The position numbers and the translations under genes were made by a program. From Deltaproteobacteria bacterium (GTDB lineage Bacteria; Myxococcota; Kuafuiibacteriia; Kuafuiibacteriales; Kuafuiibacteriaceae), in contig JAVJQW010000041.1 of NCBI GenBank assembly GCA_040218735.1, positions 407,801 through 471,800 on the forward strand: 64,000 bases of DNA, in the 5' to 3' direction. Positions 25,204 to 34,149 of this stretch are shown here, in pieces. Position 1 is the stretch's first letter, and the number at the start of each line of letters is the position of its first letter. The notes beneath the pieces are model-generated. The model was not told where the DNA came from. It did not search any database and saw nothing but the letters and a program-made list of their open reading frames with translations.

Positions 25204-28032
25204 TCATTGGCACTCGGGGGGCGTGAGGTTCGCGTACGGCGTCTCGTTGGCGGCGAGGCCGGCCTGAATCTCCTCGTAGCAGGCCTTCACCTCGGCGGCG
25301 CGGGTCCACGTCCCCATCCAGCCGGTCGCGAGCTGACCGGTCTGCGTCACGCCGCTGAAGTCGACGAAGACCTTGAGGTGACAGTCGCGGCAGCTCTCGG
25401 CTTTGCACTCGTCCTGCGGTCCCCACGGGTTGCCGCACGGGGTGCCGCCGTTTTCGCCTTCCATGCACATGACGTAGTTCTTCCAGACGCCCGTGACCTC
25501 GGTCGGTTGGTTCGCGAAGTTCCCGGTGGAGCACGTCGGGTTGTACTCGACCTGCAGCGGGTTGCCGTCCTTGGTGAGCGTGTCGTTGCCGCGCGGGAAC
25601 CAGAACGTCGCCCAGTTCCAGTAGCTGAAGACCTGGTGGGTGCCCGACGAGATGTGGAAACCGACCAGGTACTGCCGCGGGCCGTCCGGGGGATCGTAGG
25701 AGTACAGGTCGTCCGGATCCGCGCTGGCCGGGAGCTCGCCGAGCGTGCGCCAGAAGCCCTTGTACACGCGCGCGTCCGTCTCGAACGCCGGCATCGAGTC
25801 GCGGAGTCCGGCGAAGCAGTACGAGACGCGGGCCGCCTGCGCGCAGGGGTCGAGGTAGCCGTTGCCGCGCAGCGTGTTGTGCGTGCTGCCGTTGTACATC
25901 GTGCGCTTCTGCGTGACGGGCCGGTCGCCGGGTTGCGGGAGGTCGAAGATCTCCTGGTAGGACGCGTACAGCATGTGCTGCGGCACGGAGTGCTCCCAGC
26001 GCGGGTAGCCGTTGACGAGCTCGGTCGCCTCGACGAGCGCGCACCACGCGGCGAGGCGCGACGTGGGGTCGACGTTCGGGTCGTCGCAGGAGGGCTTCAC
26101 GTGCTGAATGCCACCCGCGGCGCCGCCGTCGAGCGGAGGCTTCGGCTTCGCGATCTGCGTGGTGTGCGGCGGGGGCGGGGGCGGGAGGCCGCCGGGCGAG
26201 GTGTCCGTCGGACGGATGTAGATGCCGCCGGCGATCGGGTCCGCGATGGCGACGAAGTCCGGGGTACCGCAGCCGCTCGGTGCGCCACCGTCGAGCTGTT
26301 TGGAGAGGCGTCGCGCGAGGTCCTCGAGGAGCGACGCGTAGCTCAGCGCGGAGTCGTGCGCGCGGCCGGTGGCGACGACGCGACGCGAGCCGCGATCGAG
26401 GCCGGTTGCGGCCGGACGGACGAGGAGGAGATCGACCTTCACACCGGACGCGGGGTCCACGACGTTCGCGGGGACGGGGAGGAAACCTTCGTTGGCGGAT
26501 GCGTTCCACTGAAAAGATGCGATGTAGCTCGCGGACGCCGCGAAGACCGGACAGAGGTGACGGGCGAGGGTGTCGTCGCGAACCTCGCGGACGAGCCCGA
26601 AGGTGGAGGTCGGGTGGGCTTCGGCGTCGGTCGCTTCGAAGAGGCGCGGACACTTGTCACCGCTCGACGGCACCGCGCCGACGCGGAGGCGCACCAGCGT
26701 GGAGCTGCTGCCGGGGAGTCGTTCCATCCGGACGTCGCCGAAGTAGAAGTCCGTGCCTTCCGTGGGCAGGTCGCTGCCGTGCATCGACAGCTCGTCACCT
26801 TCGACGAGCGTGGTCGCGGATCCGATCGGCCGGCCATTGCCGTCGGTGAGTGAAGCGATGGTCGGCGCGGTGCCGAGGCCACACGCGGGCGCGGGGAAGC
26901 TGCTGTAGCCGGGCGCAGGGAAGGGCGCCGCGGGGGGCTTGAGCCCGAAGCGGACGAAGCGCTTCAGGCGCGAGAGGTCGGCGGAGTCGATGTCGCCGTC
27001 GGCGTCGACGTCGGCCGCCGCGACACACGCGACGTCGTCGGTGCCCGCGAGGCGCGCCGAGAGCGCGTGGACGTCGTCGTTGTCGACGCTGCCGTTTTCG
27101 TCGACGTCGCCGCGGATGAACGGCGCGCCGGCGTAGGTCACGCGACCGCCCGTGGCGATGGAGCGGTCGGCGGTGTCGAGGACGATCGCGCCGCTCGCGA
27201 ACGCGGCGGACGGACGCGGCGCGACGACCTGAAGGCGGCTGTCGCTCTGCGTGAGGATCTGCGCGGGCTCCCCAGCGACACGAACGCCGAGGACCTGCGC
27301 GAGGTGCCCGCCGAACACGGTGAGCGTGGTGCCGGTCGGCGACGCGCTGGTTTCGGTGCACTGCGCGTCGGGCGGGAGCGCGGAGTCGATCAGCGTGACG
27401 TTTGCGAAGCCGACCTCACCGGCGGCGGCGAGCGGCGCGCCCTGCGCGGCGGAGACCGTGAGTGTCGCGGACGCGAGCGCGGTGCCGGACGCGTCGTGCG
27501 TGAGCAGGTTGACGCCGTTCGAAGACGCCTCGAGCAGGCTGCCGCTGCGCGACAGGCGAACGGCGACGGGGAGCGAGACCGGGACGGGCGTCGAAGCCAC
27601 GGTGGTGCCGTCGCGCGCTTCGGCGCTGAGCCACACGCTGCCGGCGGCGCGCGAGACGGTGATGCGGAAGCGGGGCGCGTCGGGCGCGCGGACGATCGTC
27701 CGTGCTTCGAGGCCGCCTTCGTTGCCTTCGTCGACGTCGGTGATCAGCGCGGAAACGACGAAGTCGTCGGTGATGTCCTGGCCGACGACGCGGATCGCAT
27801 CGTCGGGGCCGTAGCCGTCGCCGTCGCCGCACAGGCGGAAGCCGTTGCCGCCCGTCGTGCCGGTCGTGCCGGTGGGTATCGATGCGCCGAGCGATTCGCC
27901 GACGTCGTGCGCGTACCAGTCGGCGATCGCGCTGCTCGCGAAACACGGGCTCGCGCCCATCGTCTGTGCCTCGGCGTTAGGGGTGATTGCGCAGGTCGCG
28001 ATGCCGAGTGCGCACAGAACTCGTAGTCTCAT
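25204..28032 (-). CDS. Large secreted modular protein: lectin-like N-terminus, IPT/TIG, dockerin-like pair, C-terminal CxxCH domain
   Basis: RBS GAGGAGG, ATG 28032, signal peptide ending AEA; RGDVDENGSVDNDD...AADVDADGDIDSADL; LVGFHI...WNWATFW...SCRDCH. Confidence 0.8.
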   Translation of the reverse strand: MRLRVLCALGIATCAITPNAEAQTMGASPCFASSAIADWYAHDVGESLGASIPTGTTGTTGGNGFRLCGDGDGYGPDDAIRVVGQDITDDFVVSALITDVDEGNEGGLEARTIVRAPDAPRFRITVSRAAGSVWLSAEARDGTTVASTPVPVSLPVAVRLSRSGSLLEASSNGVNLLTHDASGTALASATLTVSAAQGAPLAAAGEVGFANVTLIDSALPPDAQCTETSASPTGTTLTVFGGHLAQVLGVRVAGEPAQILTQSDSRLQVVAPRPSAAFASGAIVLDTADRSIATGGRVTYAGAPFIRGDVDENGSVDNDDVHALSARLAGTDDVACVAAADVDADGDIDSADLSRLKRFVRFGLKPPAAPFPAPGYSSFPAPACGLGTAPTIASLTDGNGRPIGSATTLVEGDELSMHGSDLPTEGTDFYFGDVRMERLPGSSSTLVRLRVGAVPSSGDKCPRLFEATDAEAHPTSTFGLVREVRDDTLARHLCPVFAASASYIASFQWNASANEGFLPVPANVVDPASGVKVDLLLVRPAATGLDRGSRRVVATGRAHDSALSYASLLEDLARRLSKQLDGGAPSGCGTPDFVAIADPIAGGIYIRPTDTSPGGLPPPPPPHTTQIAKPKPPLDGGAAGGIQHVKPSCDDPNVDPTSRLAAWCALVEATELVNGYPRWEHSVPQHMLYASYQEIFDLPQPGDRPVTQKRTMYNGSTHNTLRGNGYLDPCAQAARVSYCFAGLRDSMPAFETDARVYKGFWRTLGELPASADPDDLYSYDPPDGPRQYLVGFHISSGTHQVFSYWNWATFWFPRGNDTLTKDGNPLQVEYNPTCSTGNFANQPTEVTGVWKNYVMCMEGENGGTPCGNPWGPQDECKAESCRDCHLKVFVDFSGVTQTGQLATGWMGTWTRAAEVKACYEEIQAGLAANETPYANLTPPECQ

Positions 28033-28068
28033 TTGGTCGTATCCTCCTCGGGTCACCGGACCCGCGAC

Positions 28069-28116
28069 GACATGGGTCGCGACCGCTTCGGATCTGATCT
28101 CGGACTGCAAAAAATC
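28069..28116 (-). promoter_or_regulatory. Candidate ECF promoter: T-tract, TCAGAT-N18-ATGTC
   Basis: Minus strand GATTTTTTgcagtccgaGATCAGATCCGaagcggtcgcgacccATGTC; same core and spacing as the 34056-34105 copy. Confidence 0.7.
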
Positions 28117-28134
28117 TGCGACCATCCTCTCGCT

Positions 28135-30780
28135 TTGAAACGCGGCGGAGGGATCGTGCTCTTGTGCGCCGCGCTGGCCTGCACCGAGCGACGCCCTGCG
28201 CCCGAGCCCGAGCTGGTCGACCTCCCGATGCGCGGGTGCGTGCACGTGAGCCGCGTGTGCGAAGTCGGCGAAGCGCCGCTGGTGTTCTACGCCGAGGACG
28301 CCAAGGAAGTACGCGCTGCGCTCGACGGGACGGAGCTGACGACGCGAACCGCGACGCTCGCGACGGGCGTGCGCGTGTCGGTCGACGTCCCCGCGCGGCG
28401 AGGCACGCTGACGTTGTCGATCCTGGGTGACGTGCCGCGGCTCATGCGCGTGTCGGTCGATGCGGTGCCGGCGGACGTCGCGGTGCTCACGGCGCCGACG
28501 GATCGCACTTCGGGTGCGCGGCGCACGCAGGATTCATCGCGCGCGGAGGCGATCGCGAAGTTCGCCGAGGCGCGCCGACTCTACAAGGAGGGGGACGCCG
28601 AGGCGGCGATGGCCGCGCTCACGAAGTCCGCGGAGCTCGCGGACCGCGCGAGCTTGCGATCGCAGGCGGCGCGGAGTCGTCTGCTCGCAGTGTGGATCGC
28701 GGCCCGCAGCCTGCGTGACTTCGAGGCGGCGCGCTCCACGCTCGACCGCGTCCCAAAGCGGTCGCCGTACGACAGTGAGGCGGATGTCCTCCGCGCATTT
28801 CACGTCGCGGTCGTAGCGAGTGAGGTGGGTGATCGTCGCTCGGCGCTCGCAGCGGCCGGTCCGGCGCGGATGCTCGCACGAACGCTCGGTCTGAACGTGC
28901 TGGCGACACGGCTCGAGATGCGGGAGCTGAACACGCTCCACGAGCTGGGGCGTTTCGACGAAGCAGCGACGCGTTGGCGGAGCTTGGTACGACAGGGAAC
29001 GGGAGATGGGTGTCTCGACGTCCTCGCGACCGGCAACCTCGGCTGGTCGCTCATGCGGGCTTCGAAGGGATCCGAGGAAGCACGTGTCTGGCTCGAGGCT
29101 GCGCTCGCCGCTGACGAATCGCGCTGCACGGACCCCCCTCCCACGCGTCGCGCGAATCTCCTCGTCAACTCCGCGCTGCTGGCGCTCGAACGAAAGGAGC
29201 TCGACCGCGCGCAGGCGGCGCTCGACTCGAGCCGCCGGTCGCCGATGCTGCCCGAACATGCGCAGTGGGCGATGTTGATCGACGCCTCCATTGCCCTGGA
29301 GCGCGGAGACGTGAAGCGAGCCCTCGCGGACTTCTGGGCCCTCGCGGAGCGGGCGGACGCGACGCGTTTGACCGAAATCGCGTGGCACGCCTGGGTCGGC
29401 GTAGGGCGCAGCCGGCAAGCACTCGGTGATCTCGACGGCGCCGCAGAGGCGTACGCAGCGGCCGAGGCCCGGACGGCGCGGGAAGCCGTGCTCGTCCCGG
29501 TCGACGGAGGGCGGCAGCATCTCTACGGCGATCGCGAAGAGAGCGCGCGTCGGTGGGTTGCGCTGGAGATCGACCGCGGTCGCCCGAAGGCTGCGTTCGA
29601 TGTGGTGCGTCGCGCTCGACGACGCACGCTCGCCTCGATCGAGCTCGCGCGCCGGATCGCCACGTTGGATGGGGCGTCGCGTACACGGTGGGAGCGGGAC
29701 GTGGCTCGATATCGTCGGACGCGCCAAGCCCTCGAAGACCGGAGCGCAACACTCTGGCTGCTGCCCAAGTCCGAGCGCGCGAAGCAGGAAGCCGAGGTCG
29801 AACGTTCGGTCGCCGAGGCGCGCCGCGCTCTCGACGAAGCGATCGGCAAGTTGGCGCGCACGGATGTGTTCTCCACGCTCGCGAGCGAACGCGGCGATCC
29901 GACCGCCGCACCGTTCCGTTCGCCGGCCGAGGGTGAGGTGATGGTCGCTTGGTATCCGCTCGCCGAGGGTTGGGCGGTGTTCGCGGTCAGCCGCGAGGGC
30001 GTGGTCGTCGAGAGGCTGGTCGGGGAGCCCACGCCGGACGCGATCGTGGGCAAGCTCCGCGGACCCATCGCGGCGGCTCGGCGTGTGACGGTTCTGGCTC
30101 CAGGGGGCGTCGACCGCTTTGCGCTTCACCTCGGTCGACTCGGCGGAGAGCCACTCGCCCGACGCAAGCTCGTCGCGTACGCCCTCGACCTCCCACCGCG
30201 CGAGGAACGTTCGAATGACCGAAAGAGCGCACTCGTCGTCAGCGATCCACGCGGCGACCTACGGGCGGCTCGGGACGAGGGCACCCGCGTCGCGACGAAC
30301 CTCTCGTCCCGCGGCTGGTCCGTATCTCGAGCCCAGTCCGACGAAGCGACACGGCGCCGCCTCCTCGTCGGGCTCACGCGGGTGGAGCTCCTCCACTACG
30401 CGGGTCACGGCACGTTCGGGGGCCACGAGGGTTGGGAGAGCAGCCTGCGTTTGGCGGACGGTCGTGTGACGGTGGGCGACATCCTCACGTCGACCGCCGC
30501 GCCCGCGACGGTGCTCCTCCTCGGGTGTCGTACGGCGGAGAGTAGCGACGTCGGGGCGAGCGCGGGGCTGGGGATCGCCCAGGCCTTCGTCCTCGCCGGG
30601 GCCCGCGCGGTCGTCGCGGCGACGCGCGAGATCGACGACGAGGCCGCCGCCGAAGTGTCGGCCCGAATTTCTTCCGCCCTCGATGACGGATCCGACCTCC
30701 TCACCACCTATCAACGGTCTGTACACGGAACCGACGACGACGTGCCCGAACGGGACGCCATCGTGGTCCTGACCCCCTGA
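28135..30780 (+). CDS. TPR-CHAT caspase-like protease, probable lipoprotein
   Basis: TPR-like helices; CHAT motifs VVSDPRGDL, LHYAGHG (His), VLLLGC (Cys), GIAQAFVLAGARAVVA; lipobox-like AALAC after TTG 28135 (ORF is open from 28033). Confidence 0.88.
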   Translation: MKRGGGIVLLCAALACTERRPAPEPELVDLPMRGCVHVSRVCEVGEAPLVFYAEDAKEVRAALDGTELTTRTATLATGVRVSVDVPARRGTLTLSILGDVPRLMRVSVDAVPADVAVLTAPTDRTSGARRTQDSSRAEAIAKFAEARRLYKEGDAEAAMAALTKSAELADRASLRSQAARSRLLAVWIAARSLRDFEAARSTLDRVPKRSPYDSEADVLRAFHVAVVASEVGDRRSALAAAGPARMLARTLGLNVLATRLEMRELNTLHELGRFDEAATRWRSLVRQGTGDGCLDVLATGNLGWSLMRASKGSEEARVWLEAALAADESRCTDPPPTRRANLLVNSALLALERKELDRAQAALDSSRRSPMLPEHAQWAMLIDASIALERGDVKRALADFWALAERADATRLTEIAWHAWVGVGRSRQALGDLDGAAEAYAAAEARTAREAVLVPVDGGRQHLYGDREESARRWVALEIDRGRPKAAFDVVRRARRRTLASIELARRIATLDGASRTRWERDVARYRRTRQALEDRSATLWLLPKSERAKQEAEVERSVAEARRALDEAIGKLARTDVFSTLASERGDPTAAPFRSPAEGEVMVAWYPLAEGWAVFAVSREGVVVERLVGEPTPDAIVGKLRGPIAAARRVTVLAPGGVDRFALHLGRLGGEPLARRKLVAYALDLPPREERSNDRKSALVVSDPRGDLRAARDEGTRVATNLSSRGWSVSRAQSDEATRRRLLVGLTRVELLHYAGHGTFGGHEGWESSLRLADGRVTVGDILTSTAAPATVLLLGCRTAESSDVGASAGLGIAQAFVLAGARAVVAATREIDDEAAAEVSARISSALDDGSDLLTTYQRSVHGTDDDVPERDAIVVLTP

Positions 30781-30793
30781 CGCGAGAACGAAC

Positions 30794-32701
30794 ATGAAAC
30801 GCTTGAACAACGCCCTTTGGATTGCCCCTCTCCTCGTCGCCGCCTGTGGCGCGCCCGAGGAGCCCGTCGAGACCGCGGAGGCGGGCATCACGCCCGCACA
30901 GCAGAGTCACTGCGACGCGTTGCGCGCCGCCGGCGCGACCTCGCTACCCTGGTATTGCGGTGGCTTGCAGAGCACCTTGCCGCCGGAGCTCGACCGCGCG
31001 TGCCCCGACAACCAGTGGGTCGGCTACCGCCTGACCTCCGCGCCTTGCCCGGTCGTCACGGCGCCGCCGGCCCTCGGGACCTGGAACAAGACCGAGCCCT
31101 TCACGGGCTCCATCCCGGGCCTCGAGCGCTGGTGTGTGTACCGCTGGGAGCCTGCGGTGGTCGGCACGCCGCCCGACACCTCGGTGCTCCCCGATACGCC
31201 GGACCTCCGTCTGGAGCGGGACTGTGAGGTCGTGAGCGCCCACGCGCGCCTTCCGAACGGTGCGTGGCAGCCCCTGTCGACCGCTTATCTCGAGCAGATC
31301 GATGTCCCGGAGATCGCCGGCCTGCCGTTCCAGCAGACGACGCGCGTCGCGATCGTCGACAGCTCGCTGGAGCGCGTCGGGGCGGTGAGCGAAGGCCTGT
31401 CGCGTCACGGCGAGGCGATGGGCTCGGTCGTCCACAACCTGACATGCCTCGGACCGAACGGTGCGCCGTGCGGCGCGGAGCTATCGAATCACCTCGCGCT
31501 CCCGCGCATCGACACCGAGACCTACGGAGAGCGCGGCGGGCACTACGGCACGCAGTCGGAGCTCGGCGTCGCGATGTTCCAGGCGATCTTCTCCTGGCGC
31601 TTCGGACCGACTTGGACCCCCGGCTCTCGTTTCATCATGAACCTGAGCGTCGGCTGGAACGAGGCCTACGGCGGTGCACCGTCGAACCCGAGCCTGCCCG
31701 CGAAGCTGGTCTACCAGGTTGCGCAGTACGCCTCCTGCAACGGCGCGCTGATGATTGCGGCGTCCGGCAATCGCTCGACCGACCTCACTCCGGGGCCGAT
31801 CTTCCCGGCGGGTTGGGAGCGCGCGACGCCCTTCTGCTCCGACGCGCCGCCCAACGCCTACGACCCGCTGGTGCACGCCGTGGGCGGAGTCGATGGGCGT
31901 GACTCCACACTCGCGCTCTCGCGGATCGCCTCGCAGCCGCGCCTCGTCGCACCGGCCGCGCAGGTGAACGTGGAGCAGCCCGTGCTCAACAACGTCCCGA
32001 CCGTGATCGCGAGCGGGACGTCCTTCGCCGCGGCGGGGGTTTCGGCGACCGCCGCGCTCGTGTGGAGCCTGCGCCCCAACCTCCAGCCGTACCAGGTGAT
32101 GCAGGTCGTCTATCAATCCGCGATCCCCGTGGGCGGCGCGTCGGACTTCGGGTTGAACAACCAGGCCTTCGCGCGGCGTCGTGTCTCGGTGTGCCGCGCG
32201 GTGACGCTCGCCTGCCTGGGCCTCGCCTGCCCGCCGCTCCCCGCGTGTGAGAACCGTGCAGCGGGCGTCGACGCCACGGCAGACTTCGCGACGGCGATTT
32301 CCATCACCTACCCCGGGTTGATGGGACCGCAGAACGCGGTGCCGGGGCCGAGCGCAACGAATCCGAGCGACCTCGATCCCTTCAAGGAGCCGTGGGTCGT
32401 CCCGCAGCCCGACGAGGAGCCGTGTCCGCTTTGTGGGATCACCGCTGCTACTTTCGAAGGTCAGATCGATCAGGACATCGCGCAGTCCGGCGCGACCATC
32501 ACCAACAGCACGGTCATCGTCACGACGTTCCAGGGCGACGAATTCGTCATCGCGGTCGACATCCCCGACCCCACCCAGCCCTTCGAGATCGAGCTGGCTC
32601 AGCTGCAGGATCAGGACCTGAAGACCGGGAAGTTCGAATTGACGACGGACGAGAAAGGTGAGGAAACCGTCCGCGTCAGTGAGCTCTTCATCAAACCGTA
32701 G
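30794..32701 (+). CDS. S8 subtilisin-like serine protease, lipoprotein
   Basis: Lipobox VAAC; VAIVDS (Asp), HGEAMG (His), AASGN (oxyanion Asn), SGTSFAAAGV (Ser). Confidence 0.88.
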   Translation: MKRLNNALWIAPLLVAACGAPEEPVETAEAGITPAQQSHCDALRAAGATSLPWYCGGLQSTLPPELDRACPDNQWVGYRLTSAPCPVVTAPPALGTWNKTEPFTGSIPGLERWCVYRWEPAVVGTPPDTSVLPDTPDLRLERDCEVVSAHARLPNGAWQPLSTAYLEQIDVPEIAGLPFQQTTRVAIVDSSLERVGAVSEGLSRHGEAMGSVVHNLTCLGPNGAPCGAELSNHLALPRIDTETYGERGGHYGTQSELGVAMFQAIFSWRFGPTWTPGSRFIMNLSVGWNEAYGGAPSNPSLPAKLVYQVAQYASCNGALMIAASGNRSTDLTPGPIFPAGWERATPFCSDAPPNAYDPLVHAVGGVDGRDSTLALSRIASQPRLVAPAAQVNVEQPVLNNVPTVIASGTSFAAAGVSATAALVWSLRPNLQPYQVMQVVYQSAIPVGGASDFGLNNQAFARRRVSVCRAVTLACLGLACPPLPACENRAAGVDATADFATAISITYPGLMGPQNAVPGPSATNPSDLDPFKEPWVVPQPDEEPCPLCGITAATFEGQIDQDIAQSGATITNSTVIVTTFQGDEFVIAVDIPDPTQPFEIELAQLQDQDLKTGKFELTTDEKGEETVRVSELFIKP

Positions 32702-33344
32702 CGCCCCCGACGGGGCCTCGGATCTCGAGCTCGTCCAACAGGCCCTCGGTCGCGACGCCGCCGCCTGTCGCCGCCTGGTGCGGCGGCTGACGCCCGTCAT
32801 CCAGCGCCGGGTGAACGGCGCCCTGATCCGGCACCACCGCATCGACCGGCAGGAGACCCTCGACCTCACGCAGGACGTCTTCCGCCTCCTCTTCGACAAC
32901 GACGGGCGCGTCCTACGCACCTGGGATCCGGAGCGCGGGCTGTCGCTGGAGAACTTCGTCGGCCTCGTCACCCGGCGCGAGGTGAACGCCATCCTCTCCT
33001 CCGGGCGACGCAGCGCGTGGGCCGAAAAACCCACCGCCCCGGACGACCTGGAGCCCCAGGCCGCCGCGCCGGAGGCCGAGGTCCGGACGCTGTCGAAGGA
33101 TCTCCTCCGCGAGGTCCTGAAGCGCCTCGAGCAGCGCCTGAGCACCAAGGGCCTCGCGCTGTTCTACGCGCTGTTCGTGCAGCACCTGGACGTCGAGACC
33201 ATCTGCGCCGAGCACGACATGAAGCGCGACGCCGTCTACACCTGGCGCGCGCGGCTCAAGAAGACCGTCGCGACGATCTCCGAAGAAATCGCGTCAGATG
33301 ACGGCCTGTCACCACCAACGTCACGAGCGGGAGCATCCGGATGA
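32679..33344 (+). CDS. ECF-type RNA polymerase sigma factor
   Basis: DLELVQQALGRD..A.RRLV, DLTQDVF (region 2), LRTWDPERGLSLENFV, region 4 HTH VETICAEHDMKRDAVYTWRARL; start 32658 or 32679. Confidence 0.88.
   Translation: MSSSSNRSAPDGASDLELVQQALGRDAAACRRLVRRLTPVIQRRVNGALIRHHRIDRQETLDLTQDVFRLLFDNDGRVLRTWDPERGLSLENFVGLVTRREVNAILSSGRRSAWAEKPTAPDDLEPQAAAPEAEVRTLSKDLLREVLKRLEQRLSTKGLALFYALFVQHLDVETICAEHDMKRDAVYTWRARLKKTVATISEEIASDDGLSPPTSRAGASG
33294..33322 (+). promoter_or_regulatory. Candidate ECF promoter TCAGAT-N18-ACGTC inside the sigma gene 3' end, upstream of the anti-sigma
   Basis: gcgTCAGATgacggcctgtcaccaccaACGTC, 18 nt before ATG 33341; same spacing as the other two copies. Confidence 0.55.
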
Positions 33345-34057
33345 ATCGCGACGAAGATCTGCTCGAAGCCCTCGGCGAAGCCGCAAAGGACCGCGACGAG
33401 GAGGATGACCGCTGGTGGGACGCGGTCGCGGCGAAGGACGCCTCGGCGCTGCCCTCCGAGGAGGCCGTCGAAGCGCTGAGGCCCCTCGACGACGCGGAGA
33501 TGGACGGCATCGCCGACATGCTCCTCGCGGAGGAGAAGCCCGCCGTCGAAGCGGATGAGGGCGGCGCGACGGTCGTCTCGATCTTCTCCGCCCGCCGCTG
33601 GGCCGCCCCCGCCGGCGCGCTCCTCGCGGTCGCCGCCGCGGCGCTGCTGTTCCTGAGCACGCCGAACGACGCGATGCTCCCGCGCTACGCGCTCGACGTT
33701 CGCTCCGGCGAGAAGGTCGTCCGCGGCGACGACCACACCCAGACCGAGATCACCGCGTACTCCGACGGCGCGACGTTCGACTTCGTCCTCGTCCCCGACG
33801 AGCGGGTCACCGGAGACGTCGCGCTCGCCGCGGTGGTGATCGGCGACGGCGGGGAGAAGGTTTGGGACGCCCCCTTCACCCGCCTGGACGGCGGCACGCT
33901 CCGCGTCCGCGGCGTCGTCGGCGAGCAGCTCGACCTCGCTCCGGGCGACTGGCGCGTCGTGTTCTTCGTCGGCCCGAAGGACCGCCTCCCGACGACGCCC
34001 ACGCACGAAACGCCGTCCGGCGTGCAGCGCTTCGAAGCCCAGATCCGCGTCCGCTGA
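33341..34057 (+). CDS. Putative membrane anti-sigma factor
   Basis: ATGA-coupled to the sigma gene; acidic helical N-terminus, one TM (WAAPAGALLAVAAAALLFL), C-terminal beta-sandwich. Confidence 0.72.
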   Translation: MNRDEDLLEALGEAAKDRDEEDDRWWDAVAAKDASALPSEEAVEALRPLDDAEMDGIADMLLAEEKPAVEADEGGATVVSIFSARRWAAPAGALLAVAAAALLFLSTPNDAMLPRYALDVRSGEKVVRGDDHTQTEITAYSDGATFDFVLVPDERVTGDVALAAVVIGDGGEKVWDAPFTRLDGGTLRVRGVVGEQLDLAPGDWRVVFFVGPKDRLPTTPTHETPSGVQRFEAQIRVR

Positions 34058-34105
34058 TTTTTTTTCCCTCCGCGGATCAGATCCGCACCCCCCACCGCCA
34101 ATGAC
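34056..34105 (+). promoter_or_regulatory. Candidate ECF promoter: T-tract, TCAGAT-N18-ATGAC
   Basis: GATTTTTTTTccctccgcgGATCAGATCCGcaccccccaccgccaATGAC, 44 nt before ATG 34150. Confidence 0.7.
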
Positions 34106-34149
34106 CGACCGAAGCGCTCGCACCGAGCGCTCGGAAGGAAGAAAACAAA

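Noticed and set aside
28135-34057. Type III-E CRISPR (Craspase) locus
   Set aside because: No Cas7-11, Csx30/31 or CRISPR array in the window; the comparison is an analogy only.
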